Notes: a model not told the origin generated them from the letters alone. A DNA stretch of 64,000 bases from Camelus dromedarius (GCF_036321535.1 NC_087436.1:32242001-32306000); one strand, 5' to 3'; numbered from the stretch's first letter, positions 13,630-27,807 are shown. Numbers and translations are program-made.

Positions 13630-14135
13630 TTTTTTAAAATTGAGTTATAGTTGATGTACAATATATAAATTACAGGTGTACAATATAGTGATTCACAATT
13701 TTTAAAGGTCATACTCCATTTACAGCTTTTATAAAATATTGGTTATATTCCCCATGCTATACAGTATATCCTTATCCTTATAGCTTATTTTATACCTAAT
13801 AATTTGTACCTCTTACTTTCCTACCCTGATACTGTCTCTCCCACCTTCCCTCTCTCCACTGGTAACTACCAGTTTATTCTCTATATCTGTGAGTCTGTTT
13901 CTTTTTTGTTACATTCACTAGTTATCTGTACTTTTTAGATTCCACATATAAGTTATATCATATAGTATTTGTCTTTCTCTAACTTACTTCACTTAGTATT
14001 CTATCCATCTATTTGTGTAGTCTTCAATTTCTCTTATCAGTGTCTTACAGTTTTTCAAGTCTTTTACCTCCATAAGTAGGTTTATTCCTAGGTATTTTAC
14101 TTTTTTTGATGCAATGGTAAATAGCATTGTTTCTT
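13630..14135 (-). mobile_element. L1 3' end joined to an ORF2 fragment (internal deletion)
   Basis: 3' UTR text at 13630-14000, then gtaggtttattcctaggtatttt ORF2 text. Confidence 0.8.
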
Positions 14136-14169
14136 TTTCTGTCTACTAAATTCAGAAGCAGTGACGAAA

Positions 14170-14905
14170 ACAGAATTATAACCATTTTGCAGCCACTTGT
14201 GAAATAAAAGTTCCAAGCAGTGATTATCAGTGGCTACCAATACCACAAAAAGAGAGACAGTCAAGCATTATGTGCCTCCTAGTGTAAGTATTCATACTAC
14301 ATATGACATATTCTTGCAAAAATTTGAGCCTGAATCAGATCAAGCCTTGGTATCAAAATCACAGTTAAAGAAAATTCAGGACCAGAAAAGTGGTTGAGTA
14401 AAACCATGGAGATGTAATCAGAAAAATCCAGACTGTGAGAAATTCTACAGGACAAACAATCTCATTTCTACAACAGTAATATGGAAGGAAAAAGGACACA
14501 GTGTGAATCTATAGACTAAAAGAGACATATCAACCTATTGCAGTGTTTGGAACTTATATGGATTCTGATTTTTTTTCTTTTAAGTGATGAATGAGGAAAT
14601 TTGAAAACTATTTTATATTAAGGAATTAGTTAATTTTAGATGTGATAATGGTACTCTGTGTTATTTATGTGTTAAAGTAGATAGTTCTTATCTTTTAAAA
14701 ACACATATTCATGAAAAAACATGAATAATATGATTAGGAGTTTGCTTCAAAATAATCCAGTGGGAGGTAAAGAGAATGAGTGGAGTTGAGATAAAATTGG
14801 CTCTAAGATGATTAAGTAGCTAATGGGTAATGAATACATAGGGTTTCATTATACAATTTGCTCTGGTTTTGTTTATGTCTGAAGTTACTCAAATTAAGTT
14901 TTTCT
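14170..14905 (+). mobile_element. Old L1MC/ME 3' region
   Basis: ctgaatcagatcaagcct, aaatccagactgtgagaaattctacaggacaaac, tttgcttcaaaataatccag. Confidence 0.65.
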
Positions 14906-15470
14906 TTAATCTGCCTTCACCAAAGCCTGTAACAACATTAGTTACACTTGCCTGAAAATGTCAGATTCAATTTATGAATCTCCTAAATGTATTTACATTT
15001 TCACACAAAGCTAAGGCCTTAAAACAAAAGAATGATGCTAGTGGTATATTTTAAGGAATCAGGTCAGTGAAAAATTTTCCTTATTTAGAGAAGAGAAGCA
15101 TTCCCAGCAATCTCAAAAATCAAATGAGACACATAAAGAACCAACCAATTCTGTATACTTTCAAGTAAGTGTTTGGGTTTTAGCATGATCTGATGTTAGA
15201 GCAGACAACTTTTAGATCACCTTTGTAACTACTTGCCTATTCACCAAGGGTAAGGTGGGATTCAAACTTTGTCCTTTTACAATTTGTACTTTTAAGTCTC
15301 TAAAATGTTCTGAAGTTCACCAAAGGATTAAAAAAATGCTGAGTTCTAAAATTTCAAGTCTTTTACCAGATACCTAAATGTTTTCCACAAATACAAAAGA
15401 GCAAACTTTAAAAACAATTTGGAACTGCTTAATACTATTCAGACACTTACACAAAAGCAGATTTACATAC

Positions 15471-15594
15471 CTTGCCTGGACTGTGAAGGTGTTACAGGAA
15501 CTTCTTGGTTTGGCTCAAAAGGAAGTTCAGGTGTTAAGTTTTCAAACTGCTCTTTACTAATGAGATTTAGCTTCTTAAAGTTCTCAACTTCTTG
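15471..15594 (-). CDS. LARP1B: LARP1B coding exon, 124 nt, phase 0-1, after a ~29 kb intron
   Basis: ctacttcag|CAA ... CAA G|gtatgt. Translates QEVENFKKLNLISKEQFENLTPELPFEPNQEVPVTPSQSRQ. Not in the ORF track. Confidence 0.95.
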
Positions 15595-17159
15595 CTGAAG
15601 TAGAATGAAGGAATCTAATTACTAAACTGGCTAACAGAGTAACCAACAGACAACAATTGATACCAATCTCAAAAAATGAGTTTTAAAAACATGGATTAAT
15701 TGCAACAGAATAAAAGAAGATGTTCTAATAAAGAATAAAGCATTATACTTAATAACAATTAGTATTCAGTTAAAACAAGCTTGAGAACCCTAAAATATAA
15801 TGAATATTTTATAGTTACACATTATAAGAACATACATTCTTATCATTATTTGTTGAGTATTTACACATAAGATCACTAGAATACTACAGAATAGGCTACA
15901 AAGTAATCTAATACATGTTCCCTACCCTTAAGAAGTGTACAAGTTAAATGAAAAGAAATGTACACAAAAAAATATTAGTGTATGAATAGTGATACTCTTT
16001 GGTATAAGAATTGAGATCTTCTCAATTCTCATAAGGGAGGCATCACAGAAGGGATGGGACAAAAGTAGCTCCTAATGATGACAATTTAGAGAAAGGGAAA
16101 AGTATCCTAAATTTTCAGTAATGTGAGCAAAGATGAGAAGCTTGGAATAAGCAATTATTTATTGAAAGATAATTCAGTGAGAGAAAGTTTCTGTAGAATC
16201 AGTGGCAAAAAGTCCTGATAAGTTGGAGAAAGCTACTAGAAGATCTTTAATACTAAGCCAAGAAGTTTCTACCTTATTTTGTAGTAACGGGAAACATGTG
16301 ACAAAAGATAAATCTAGATGACTCTGGAAGATTCATTTCTAAACCTTTTACAAGCTTGGCAGCAAGGATGCTCAGCAGGTCTGAGTTGTTAGCTCAAAGG
16401 AAAAATGGGCCCATCCATACCCCGGGAGTTCCTAAAGCATCCCCTTTCTAAACTATTGTTACATAGTCACTTAGACATTTCCTGCCCTGACCTACACATA
16501 TGTAAAGCATTACAGAAGTGGAGGCCATTCTCTACTGAAATGTTGTTTGGCCTTAGTGCATAAAGACCATCTATGCCTGGTGTAAGCTATGGTATAAAAA
16601 AAAAAGAGCTTGAGAGATTGCTTGCACTCTACTACATCTTAGAGGTTTTCTTTGGTAAACTGTGTATCATGAACATAACTCAGTGTTAATGGGTCCATGA
16701 CCCTACACAGAGTAACATCCAAAAAGGGTATAAGCAGGTTAGAAAAACAAAAAAGTATTTGTTAGGTGAACCAAATTAAACACCATCATTACAAAATAGT
16801 TATGGTACCTTGCTCTTAATAGCTAACCAAAAAATCTTTTCCTTCTGTCTTTAGCATAAATAATTACTTGTCAGCTCACACCATTTATTAGATCCCATTA
16901 GCCTTTAAATGAGGATTTATTATCTTCTCATGAAAATGCCTTAAATGATTACTTCAGCTCTTGCCCCATACCAAAATTGCTTTCCCCAAAGTCTTTAATA
17001 AGCTCTTCAAGCTAATTCAGAATCATTACTTGTCACTGTCCTTTATAGAGCTTGCTATTAGCACCTCCAACTTCAAAAAACATTTATTGTACATTTATCA
17101 TATGCCAGAGAAGAAGAAACACAATTCTATCCTGATGGAAACACAAATAATGTTTCCTT

Positions 17160-20100
17160 TTATTAAATTTAACTTTTTAATCTAATTAAGGTATAACACA
17201 CAAACATACATATACGTACACACACCTAGAGAAGTGCATAAATCATAAGCATCTATCTCAATGAGTAGTCAAAAGTGAACAGACCTACTGAACCACCATT
17301 CGGGTAAAGATAGAATTGCTAGCATCCTAGAAGTACTCATGCTCCTGTCACTACCCTCTCTTTCTTCCTAAAGATAAGCAATATGCTGATTTCAATTCTA
17401 TAGATTCATTTTCCCTGTTTTTGAACTTTATAAAAAAAAATCATAACGTATGGCTTCTTTCATGGAAACTTATCTTCCTGAAATTCATCTATAGTTTGTG
17501 GCTCTATAGCAGAGGTCAGCAAAGGCCAAAATTTGTTTCTGTAAATGGTTTTACTGGAACAAAACTGCATCCACTTGTTTACATATTGCATATGGTTGCT
17601 TCACTGCTACTGCAGAGTTGAGTAGTTGCCACAGTTAATGTATGATCCATAAAGCCTAAAATATTTATAATGTAGCTCTTTACAAAAAAAAGTTTGTCCA
17701 TCCTTGCTCTATGGTATTCTACTGTATGATCAAATCACAATTAAAAAAAATCCATTCTACTATTGATAAGCATTCAGGTCCTTTCCAGATTACAGCTATT
17801 ATAAATAATGTTGCTGTAAATATGTCTTCCCAAATCAATAATTTTGGTTAACAGACATACATTTTTATTGAGTATTTACTAGGACTGGAGTTGCTGAATC
17901 AGGGAGTACATTTCAACCTTAGTAGAAAATAGCAAATACTTTTTCAGAGTGGTTGTACCTAACTACATTCCCATTAGTAGTATATTAAAGTTCCTATTGC
18001 TCTACATTCTCATCAACACTTGGTATTGCCAGTTTTTAAAAACTGAGTCTTTTTGAAAAGGACAAAACTACAGATGTACACAACAACTCTGGTGGACCTC
18101 AAGGGCATTATGATTTAAAAATATCAGTCTTAAAGGGTAACATGCTGTATGATTCCACTGATAAAACATTCCGAAAATGACATTATAGAGTGGCTACCAG
18201 ATGAGAAACAGAGGGCAGGCAGGTGGATGTGAGTTTAATAGCACAAGGGAGATATTGGTGGTGATAAAACAATTCAGTGTCTTGACTTTAATGGTAGTTA
18301 TGTGAATCTACATATGAGAAAATGACATAGAACTATACACATACATATAAAATAAATGTCAATTTCCTGGTTTTAATATTGTATTTTAATTTTAAGATAT
18401 AACTTTGGAGGGCTCTTGGTGAAGACTACACTGGACCTCTCTGTACTATTTTTCCAATTTCCCCTAAATCTGTAATTATCTCAAAAATTTGAAAAATTTA
18501 AATATGTAGGCACTGATAGGTGTGTTACCTCATTGGGGTTTTAATTTACATATCTCAGATTACTAATAATGATGAAAACTTTTAGTATATTTTATTTGGA
18601 TAGCTTTTTAGGGAAGTGATTATTTCTGTTGCTCATTTTTCTATAGACTTGTCTTTCTCCTTGATTTGTAAGAGCTCTCTATAAAATGTTGTAAATGCCT
18701 TTTTCCACTCTGTAACTTGCCTTTTCACGCTTATGGTGTCTTTTGGTGAAAACCTTCTTTTTAATGTAGTATATTTTATCTATCATTTCCTTCATTGTGT
18801 TATTTCCTGTTTAATAAATCTTTCTGTTCTAAAAGATCATGGAGATAGTACCTTAATCTGTAAGTTTTATTATTTTGAATTTTCATTTAGAACTACAATA
18901 TATCTAGAACTGACTTTTTGTGTATGGTATGAGATAAGGGTCAATGTGCACTTGAAAAGAATGTGAATTCTGCAGATGTTGGATGTAGTATTTCATTTGT
19001 CAATTAAGCAAAGTTTGTTAACTATGTTGGTCACATTTTGTACATCCTTAGTGAGTTTTTCATCTGCTTGCTGTATCTTGCATTTTTCTTGATAACATTT
19101 ATTAAAATCTTCCCTATGATTATAAATTTGACTATTTGCACCTGTCAATTTTTGTCTTATATATTTTAAGGCTATGTTACTAAATGTATACAAAACTAAT
19201 ATATTTTCTGGGGCAACTAAATGTTTTATGGTTATGAAATGTCCCTTTTTATCTTGAATAATTCTTTTTGCCTTAAAAATCTACTTTATCAATAGAGTTA
19301 CACCAACTTTGTTGTGGTTAGTGTCCCTATTTATTTAAATCTACACATATTTACCCTTTCCATTGCTCTTCATTCCTTTATGTACCTTCAACTTCTTTCT
19401 GGAATCATTTTTCTTTGCCTAAAAAACTTCCCTTAGTATTTCTTTAACGCATATCTGCTGAAAATAAATTTTCTCAGTTTTTGTATGTCTGATGGCTATT
19501 TCATTTTTAAATAGCTTAACTGAGATATAATTTACAAACCATAAAACTCACTTATTTTAAATGTATTATTCAATGACTTGTTTATCTTTATTTCCTAACA
19601 TTAGTTCTCTTCCAGTACTGTGATTATACCATCCCATTGTCTCCTGGCTTCCATTATTTCTGCTGAGAAGTTAGCTGTAAGTCTTACTATTGATGCTTTT
19701 AAAGAAATCTGTCTTTTTTCTCTGGCTTTTGTTATTTGTTGTCAGCAATTTTAAATTATGGCCTTGATGTGGTTTTCTTTGTATTTATATTCTTTGGAGT
19801 TTTTAGGACTTCTTGAATTTATCCCTCACTATATGTTTCATCAGTTTTGGTAAAATGTCAGCCATAATCTCTTCAAATAGTACTTCTGCCTTATCCTCTC
19901 CTCCTCTCTTCTGAGAATCCAATCAAATGTATGTTTGAGCTTTTGACTGTATCTCCTACCTCTAACACTCTTTTCTGTATTTTCCATCTTTTTTTGCTCC
20001 ATGCTTCAATCTGGATTTTTGGGGGTTTTTTTTGACTCATCACAGTAATTCTGTATTCAGCTGTATTTTTCTACTGTTAAATTAATTCACTCCACAGAGT

Positions 20101-20885
20101 TACATTTTTCATTTCTGGAATTTCAATTAAATTCATTTTTAAAATTTTCATTTCTTTTATGAAATTCTCCATTTTATCTTTTTAAAAATGCATATTAACA
20201 GCAACAAATTTAAAGTGAATTTTATAACTCTTATCTGGATTTCTATGCATCTGTCTCTATTTTTTGTTGTTCCTTTTTTTTTTTTTCCCATCTTGTCTTC
20301 TTGTATGCCTAATTATTTTTTGAGGGCCACACACTATTACTGAAAATCTGAGGCTTAGGATGGTATTTTACTCCAGAAAGAAACTGTGTTTGCTTCAATT
20401 AAGTAGCTACACACATCAGCCTGTTGATCCAATGAGGAATTAAAATGATTAGAAGCTTACACTACTTCAAGACAAAAATAAATAAATAAAATTTAAAAAG
20501 AAGCAGCTTTCCCTACTGAGATCACATCTTTTTAAGTTCACCCTAATATTCTAGGATATAGGACTTTAGAGTTCCCAAAGCCTGGAAGGCTTACTAGATG
20601 TCCCCCTCTAGTTTCTGAATTCTAAGCCCATGAGTTTTTCAGAAAATTTCTTTTAAGTTTCTCAGTTGCTTCTTCTGGAACTGGCAGATGCCTCTAAGGG
20701 AAGTGCAGACTTGAATGCCAGTCTTATTTCTTTAGATTTCCTTCTTCCAAATTTTGACCACATGATTCTTTACTGTCTTGTTAGTGCCAGTGTGCCTTCA
20801 TGTGGATTTTTAAACCTACTTTTATAGTTCTTCTCAGCAGAAGGGCTGATATGAATTACCTAGTCTAGCACAACCAGATGTACAG
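17160..20885 (-). mobile_element. Old L1 fragments with a nested MER58 (~17509-17706) and a plus-strand L1 3' end (~18050-18500)
   Basis: T-rich L1 antisense motifs: gtggttgtacctaactacattccca, gcacttgaaaagaatgtgaattctgc, tctgctgagaagttagctgt. Confidence 0.75.
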
Positions 20886-21399
20886 CCAAAGTCTAATTTT
20901 TGTTTTTGTTTTTATAAATTTATACCTTGCCTTGCTCAAAAAGGGACCAAAGAGACAATAATCAGTGGATAAGAAAGACTTGTAAACAAGTTAATTACAT
21001 TTCAGTATAAGTTAAAAATAGGCACATATGAGGTAAAAAGTTAGAATTTAAAAAGTGATTTTTTTCCTGAGGTGGATAAAAATAAAAGCTATTGAAGAGG
21101 TATTTCCTGGGAAAAGTAAAATTTGAACTGGGTTTTGCAATCTAAAGGATGAAACGAGTTTGGCAAGTAAACAATGTAAAACAATACTGCAGGCAGAGGA
21201 AATAACACATGCAACTTGGTATTTATGGAGTATAACTTTTAAAACTGAAAGCAGTGGCACAATGAAGATGCATATGTAAGAGCCAAATTATGAACTGTTG
21301 TTTGCCAAGAATTTGAACTTTATCTTGAAGAGAGTAAAGAAGCAATGAAGAACATTAAGAAAATTAGGGAAATGGTCAGATTACTATTTTAGAAATTTG

Positions 21400-21645
21400 A
21401 GGAATTTGCATTATTTTCCTTGGGATCACTTACTTTGAAAATAAAGTAAGCCTGAAACTATCTGCAGCCATCATTGCCACCTCATGGAGAAAGCCTGACT
21501 TAAATGAAGCTAACACAGAGGAAAAAAGACCAAAGACAGGGGTAGAGAAATGCCAAATCATTCTTTGAAGTCTTAGATAAAGACATGCCAGGAAGCAAGT
21601 ACTGCTTCTCGGGCTTCTGGTAGTAAATTCCCTCACTTGCTTGGA
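21400..21645 (+). mobile_element. MLT1 (MaLR LTR) fragment
   Basis: gcagccatcattgccacctcatggagaaagcctgac...aatgaagctaacacagagga. Confidence 0.55.
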
Positions 21646-22329
21646 AGAAGAGAGGAAAGGAGAAAGAAAGGAGGAAGACTACTTGGACAAGAGGAAAGCT
21701 AGAAAGAAATGAACCAGAGCCAAGAGCCTAGGGTACAAACCATATGGAGAGATGGTTCAGGCCAGAACTGTCACATGGCAGGAGGGATGGATAGGAAAGG
21801 ATGGACAGGACCTAGTGACAAATGTTGGAAGTCAGAAATTGATGAAGATTCCTAAGGCACCCAACAAAAATTAAAAAATATAAAAGACAGAATTAGGGTA
21901 TGTTTCCTTTAATTTTTTTAAATGGAGACAAAATATAAATGAGATACCTGTGGAACATGAAAACAGTTGGAATATTGGTTATATAATTCTACTGGTTATA
22001 TAGTTCAAGAGTCCCACAAAGACGTGAGGAAATCATTAGCACATAGTTAATGATTAAAAACCTAGGAGTAAATTCTCTCACTTGTGGACAAGGTAACAAA
22101 GTAATAAAAGAAGCAGGTCAAGGATACAACCAGGGAAAACCACATTTAAAAAGCAATCAAAAATAGTACATTTAAAAATGGTTGAAGTGGTAAATTTTTG
22201 TATGTATATTTTAATACACACACACACAAAACCAGACACCCCCCAGTAAAGGCAAGCAGACCACCTTGTCATGCCATAAGCTATGAAAAGTACTAAAAAA
22301 TGAGGATATAACAGTTGCATATATGACTC

Positions 22330-23420
22330 ATCTTGAGAGAGCTCTAACCTGACCAAACATGAAACACTTTGAACATCAAAATGAATGACAGGAATGGAAT
22401 GGTATACATTTTAGACACCATTTAGTGTCAACGGTATACTGACACTGAAAAGATAAAAAGAAAAGAGAAAGTTAAAATTTTAAAAAAAGGAGTGGAAAGT
22501 TCTCTTTTACAGAAGAATGCTAACTAATTAACATAGAGGGAATAACAAAAAATTATCATCTTATAAACACCATAGTAATAACTGATTCAGGCAAAAATCA
22601 TCAATGGAGGGTAAAACACTGAGTGAAGACTGCTGGGAAACACAGTTTTAAAATATCACTCCAGAGATCGCTTATTAATTACAAAGAAAATCAGGTACCT
22701 TCACCTGTTTGAAGAAATATGAAGAGAAGAAATATGGTGGACACCATGATAACTAAATGACTGATTCTGGAACTGACATCTTATGTCTCCTGAGGTGAAG
22801 TACTAAGTAGGGCACATCAACTATATAATACTCTTGCCAAAAATATTTAACCTGAAACTAATCATGTAGCAACACCAGGCAAACCTAAACTGAGGGACTA
22901 TTGGCCTTTATTCTTGGATTCTTCAAAAATGTCATTGTCGTAAAAAAAAATAAAATAAAATAAAGCCAAGGAACCGTTCCAAATTAAAGAATATTAAAAT
23001 TATACAATTCTAAACATAATGTGTGATTCTTGGAGTTGGTATCGAAAAAATAAAAGTAAGTTTTAAAGGACAATATTAGGACAACTGGAGAAATCTAACT
23101 ATAGACTATATATATTAGATATAGCAGTCTATCAACACTAAATTTTCTGTGTTTGATAGTTCTGGTTATGTAGGAGAATGTACTTGTTTCTGAAAGACAC
23201 AAGCTTTGCATTTGGGGATAAAGTAGCATAGTGTCTACAACTCTCAAGTGGTTCAGAAAAATGTACATATATATTATATACATCTACATATGTATTATGT
23301 AGAGAGAAAAAGCAAATATGGTAAGATGTTAACAAATGTTGAATCCAGGTGAAGGTTATACTGTTGTTCATTATATTATACTTACAACTTTTCTGAAGGT
23401 TAAATAAAGACTTGGAGGGA
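22330..23420 (+). mobile_element. L1MC-type 3' region
   Basis: tttaacctgaaactaatcatg, tcttcaaaaatgtcattgtc, aaagcaaatatggtaagatgttaaca. Confidence 0.7.
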
Positions 23421-25626
23421 ATAAAATATAAATGTATATTTCTGATATATAAATATGTTTATACTATATATAGAAAACTAATACAGGTTAAAAATATCTT
23501 TCAAAAGTATGTATTTTATACTTATTTATAACTCATATTGTCAAGAAGAGGACAAGGGGAAGCTGAACCAGCAAGGAAGGTTTCCCTCAGCCATATTTCT
23601 TTAAAGAACCCTCGGTGCTTCAACTTCCTGACCTCCTATTCATCCACTATATGAACTGCAGTCTAGATGGTAAGTACAATGGGGTAAACATTAGGAAAAG
23701 ACAAATTTTAAGGACAAAGTTGACCTTAGAAAAAGTAAGAAATCAGTGGAGAAAAAAAATTCAAGATATAGATGAGCCAGAATATACCTCTTTATGGATC
23801 ATGATCTCAGAAACCATTTATTTTCTTGCCTTCTTCAAGTAAAACTACAAATAACTACTTCTATTTTTCTCTCCTAATAACCACCAGCAGACATTCCTAT
23901 CTCTTTTGCTCCCTCTCTTCTATTTCTTCAGTGTCTGAAAAGTTTGATCATTCTTTGAGCTTTAGTTCTTCCTTTTATACTAAACACTCTAAAATCTACA
24001 TTTCTGGCTTTCTTATCATCTCTAGTATATAGAGAGATGATAAAAGACATTTTACGTAAATAGACACCATGACACTGACTCAACATTTCCAAATGTGATC
24101 TCGGTATCATTTCCTCCCAGTCTTTTCTTGTTAATGTTTCTATTTGTATCGCATTGGTACAATAAATTGTTTCTTTAAAATCCTTTCCCAATTCTGGCAT
24201 TTCTTCAATTCTCTCAAAGCCTGGAATATAACTGGTTTTTAATAAATACTTGTTTAAAAAAATGCTATTCCTTTGGTTCAGCATTTCACTTTACCCTTGG
24301 ACTATTATAAATAAGTTTAAACTCAACTTCTGCCCTCCCCTGCCTTGACCTACATTAATGCCTCTGTTAGATTAAATCTTATTAAGCCATATTTGGTTAT
24401 ATTCCTTTTCTTTATAAGAAATGCAATCACTCCATATTCTAAATTCCTACACAGCTTAAGAAACTTCACAATCTGGTCCCATCCCACCTACCCAAACAAA
24501 CTTCAATTTCAGTAAAGTGCCGTAGTACTAATGCTTAACTTATAGAAATTTGATTATACTTGTTCAGCAATAACAATTACTTTTTTCAAGTGATTATTTT
24601 TTAATGCAACCACCATCCTACTCAGTGAACATATGCAATGATATAATTAAAACCAAAAGTGTTAACTCACATAAATAAAAATCCAACAAAAGGAAGTATA
24701 CGTTTTAATAATGTCCTGACCACTAAAAGTGTCCAAACAGGTATACACTTTAACCATAACCTCAGGAACCTAATTTTACAACTAAAGGCTTTCATGTTTT
24801 AAAAAAGGGTTGAGAAACACAGAGAAACACTGACTAAAAGTTAAATTATTTTAAAAATCAGCTTCTTAGGAAAAAGATGACCACGAACAGGGTCACCAAG
24901 TTAGAATCTTCACAAATTTGCTAAAATAGTAAGTATTCGAATATTTTACAAATATGATCCTGCTACATTATTATAGATATGATAAATATAATATGCATAA
25001 TATGATGCAGGGCTATACTTAAATTCACATATGTATTTTACAAGTGGCTTAAGGGAGTTTTAAAGAGTATTTTGGCCATACTCAATTTTCAACTTAAAAA
25101 GAACTCTAGAACTAATTCCCAAGTAACATTTAACTCCATTGCATTAGAGAATTCACATACCTAGATCTTCTTAGACCAATCAATGTTGAGCAACTTTTCT
25201 TTACTAAAGAAATAATAAAGATTGTAAACTGTGTATTTTTCATAAATTTTATCTTTATCAGGATATTAATAAGTACATTTGTGTTACACATCACTGCAAC
25301 TCCATCAACGAAGGAGTAGGCTAGAATTTTAGAAATTACAAAGACTGCATTGTAACACTATCTTTGAAGGAGATACTTTAGAAACTGATTTGTTTTTCAT
25401 TTATTGACTTACATATATTGCTTCAATATTGAATTATTGGTCACTCTTCAACACACTTTCTTTGAAACAAAAGATTTTCATCATCACTGTTCTTAGCAAT
25501 AATTATAAGACTTTAACATTTATTCAAGAGATAGTCTACCCACTTCTAGCATCAGAGGTTACTTTCTGTCTTCACCTCTCTTTTCTCCATTTCCCCCCTT
25601 CAAATCAAGCCAACTGGCTGCCTTCA

Positions 25627-25797
25627 CTACTATGTATAAAATAAGCTTCAAGTATATATTATATAGTACAAGGAATATAGCCAGTATTTTTAATAACTTT
25701 AAATGGAGGATAATCTATAAAAAAATTGTGACTCACCATGATATACAACTCAAACTAATACTATAAATCAACTATGCTTCAATTTAAAAAAAAAAAG
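25627..25797 (+). mobile_element. Short 5'-truncated L1 3' end with poly(A)
   Basis: aaggaatatagcca...taaatcaactatgcttcaattt followed by an A-run. Confidence 0.8.
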
Positions 25798-25899
25798 ATG
25801 GTTATAACAACTTAATCTAGCACCAAAAATGGTTTATGAGTTCCTGTTGTACCATTCTTTGCAAGGACTTAATATCGTTAGACATTAATTTTATGATGT

Positions 25900-27055
25900 A
25901 ACAGTTATGATCTTCTGCTTCTGCCTGTGATGGAATAACTGATACAAGCCTACAATTCTAAATAAAAATAACCGTGAACTGATATAAAATAAGTATTTTT
26001 AGCACTGGGTAACTAGCAATGTCAAGACCTTGACCTCTGAGAGAAGAGAAATTCACAAGGTGGACTCCACAATCACCCCAGTTCTCTTTTTCAGTACAAC
26101 TTCCCACCCATGGCACAACACGCTTCAGCCCAAGCAAAGCATGGCTCTCCTGCTGAGCTGTGAAGGTAGTGCTTAGCATTCAGGGAAACTGAAGCTGTGG
26201 AATCTGTGGAGCAGAGCACTGAGGAAGAGGGAACTAATCAGAGTTGGAGGCAATACATTTGAGTAAGGGTCAGACCTCTGTGAATCCTTGGCTGAGGCTG
26301 AGCTACAAATATGGAGGATAAGACTCCCTGAAATATATCTAAAAAGGGTGCCGTAGGGTTGAGCTAAACAGATATATTAAAGATCTAATGGTGTTGGGAG
26401 ATGACAGCATACAGACCCAGCCGAGAATGGAGACCCCCTGTTAACCACTCATTAACACCCAGGGAATCCAGGTGAGACACTCTTTAAAAATTAGGCCATA
26501 CTATAAAGTAAGGCTCACATCTTATAGTAAGACCTATTCTAGATTCCCTAGCAGAGCCTAACACAAAACCTGACAAGATGTTGAGTTTGGAGGTGAAGCT
26601 TTGTCAAGTTAGAAAGGCTTCCCACAGATCCAACATGACAAACAGTAAAACAAAGCCCACAAAATTCCAAGCTGGCCAGCCAATAGAACAAAAAAATCAA
26701 TATTCCTCATAGGAAGATGACATAATCTATAATCTCTACAGTATAATATTTACAATGTCTGGTAAAAAAGGTTTTAAATTATTAGATGTGAAAAGAAACA
26801 GGAAAATATAACACATAGTTAAGAAAACGATGACAACAATAATCAACAGAAACTGTCTTCCAGATGTTTCAAATGTTGGATTTTAAGATATGAACTTTAA
26901 AGTAACTATTATATAGTTAATGTTTGATGAACTGAAAGAAAAGATGGTCTTAATGAGTGAACAAATAGGGAGTCCCAGCAGAAAAAAACTATAAAAAAAT
27001 ATAAATTGTAGAACTGAAACTTTGTACTTGGATGAGATTAAAAACAGAATGGATA
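25900..27055 (+). mobile_element. Old L1M 5' region and ORF1 start (left half of the split host)
   Basis: ORF1-like cagatgtttcaaatgttgga...aatgagtgaacaaataggg...ggatgagattaaaaacagaatgga. Confidence 0.7.
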
Positions 27056-27213
27056 GGGGGTGCCAAGATGGCGGAGCAGGATGCTCTTACCTCATCCTCT
27101 CCCGTGAATATACCAAGAAAGACATCTATGGACCTACCCATTACACTCAGAACACCTGCCAAAATTTGACAGAACATCGCCTACTTCAAAAGACAAAATT
27201 CCTCAAAAATCTG
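27056..27213 (+). mobile_element. 5' terminus of a younger L1 5' UTR (promoter, YY1 site)
   Basis: GGGGG start, then CAAGATGGCGG at 27064 (L1 YY1 motif), then ctcatcctctcccgtgaatatacc. Confidence 0.8.
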
Positions 27214-27574
27214 TAACCCTAAGAGGCAAAAGTCTAAACATTTACTTCAGAAGAAAGAAACCAACACAGGAAAAGCCAAGGATCTACAGACATCCTTACA
27301 CATGAGGATGTCTACTAGAAATCTACAGATGTCTCAAATTTCCTATCTCTACATAAAGTCAGAATCAATGTTGGGAAACCAACACTTCCACATTCTTTGA
27401 AAATAAATTAGAAAGGTCTCAAAAACATAAAATAATACTAAAATTAAATTCTGACTTAAAAGATTCCAACAGGTAACACAATAAGAGCAAGAGGTACTAA
27501 TAAAATCTTGAACTTTCATAACAGAAGGAAAGTAACTGAAATGAAGAGAAGACTGAGACTGATGAACTCAACCT

Positions 27575-27795
27575 GAGGGACGTGTTGAGAGCATGCTCAG
27601 AGTGAAGAGTCAGCAAACCTGATACTACTGGCTCCACCACTGATTGGCTGTGTTAGTTTCATAACCCTTTTCAAATTGTGTAATGCCACCTATAAAATGC
27701 GGACAAAAACTTCCTCCAGAGTTACTATAAGATTGATATAGGAACATGGAAAGCATCTTAGTACATGGTTGGCATAAAGGCTCAACCAAAAAAAC
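27575..27795 (+). mobile_element. MIR SINE (degenerate)
   Basis: gagtcagcaaacctg...ggctccaccactgattggctgtgt...ctataaaatgcgga...aaagcatcttagtacatggttggcata. Confidence 0.6.
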
Positions 27796-27807
27796 TTCAT
27801 TACTCTT

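Noticed and set aside
1..15440. Next LARP1B exons (recalled GGVQGVLHIPKK micro-exon and DM15 exons)
   Set aside because: No matching sequence was found by eye. They probably lie beyond position 1, so their absence here is not evidence of loss.
16345..16615. Possible third retroinsertion ending in A10 near 16596-16605
   Set aside because: The flank match is only agcttg, too short to call a TSD.
27288..27313. 9-bp perfect inverted repeat agacatcct/aggatgtct
   Set aside because: It is short enough to arise by chance in 64 kb, with no other supporting structure.
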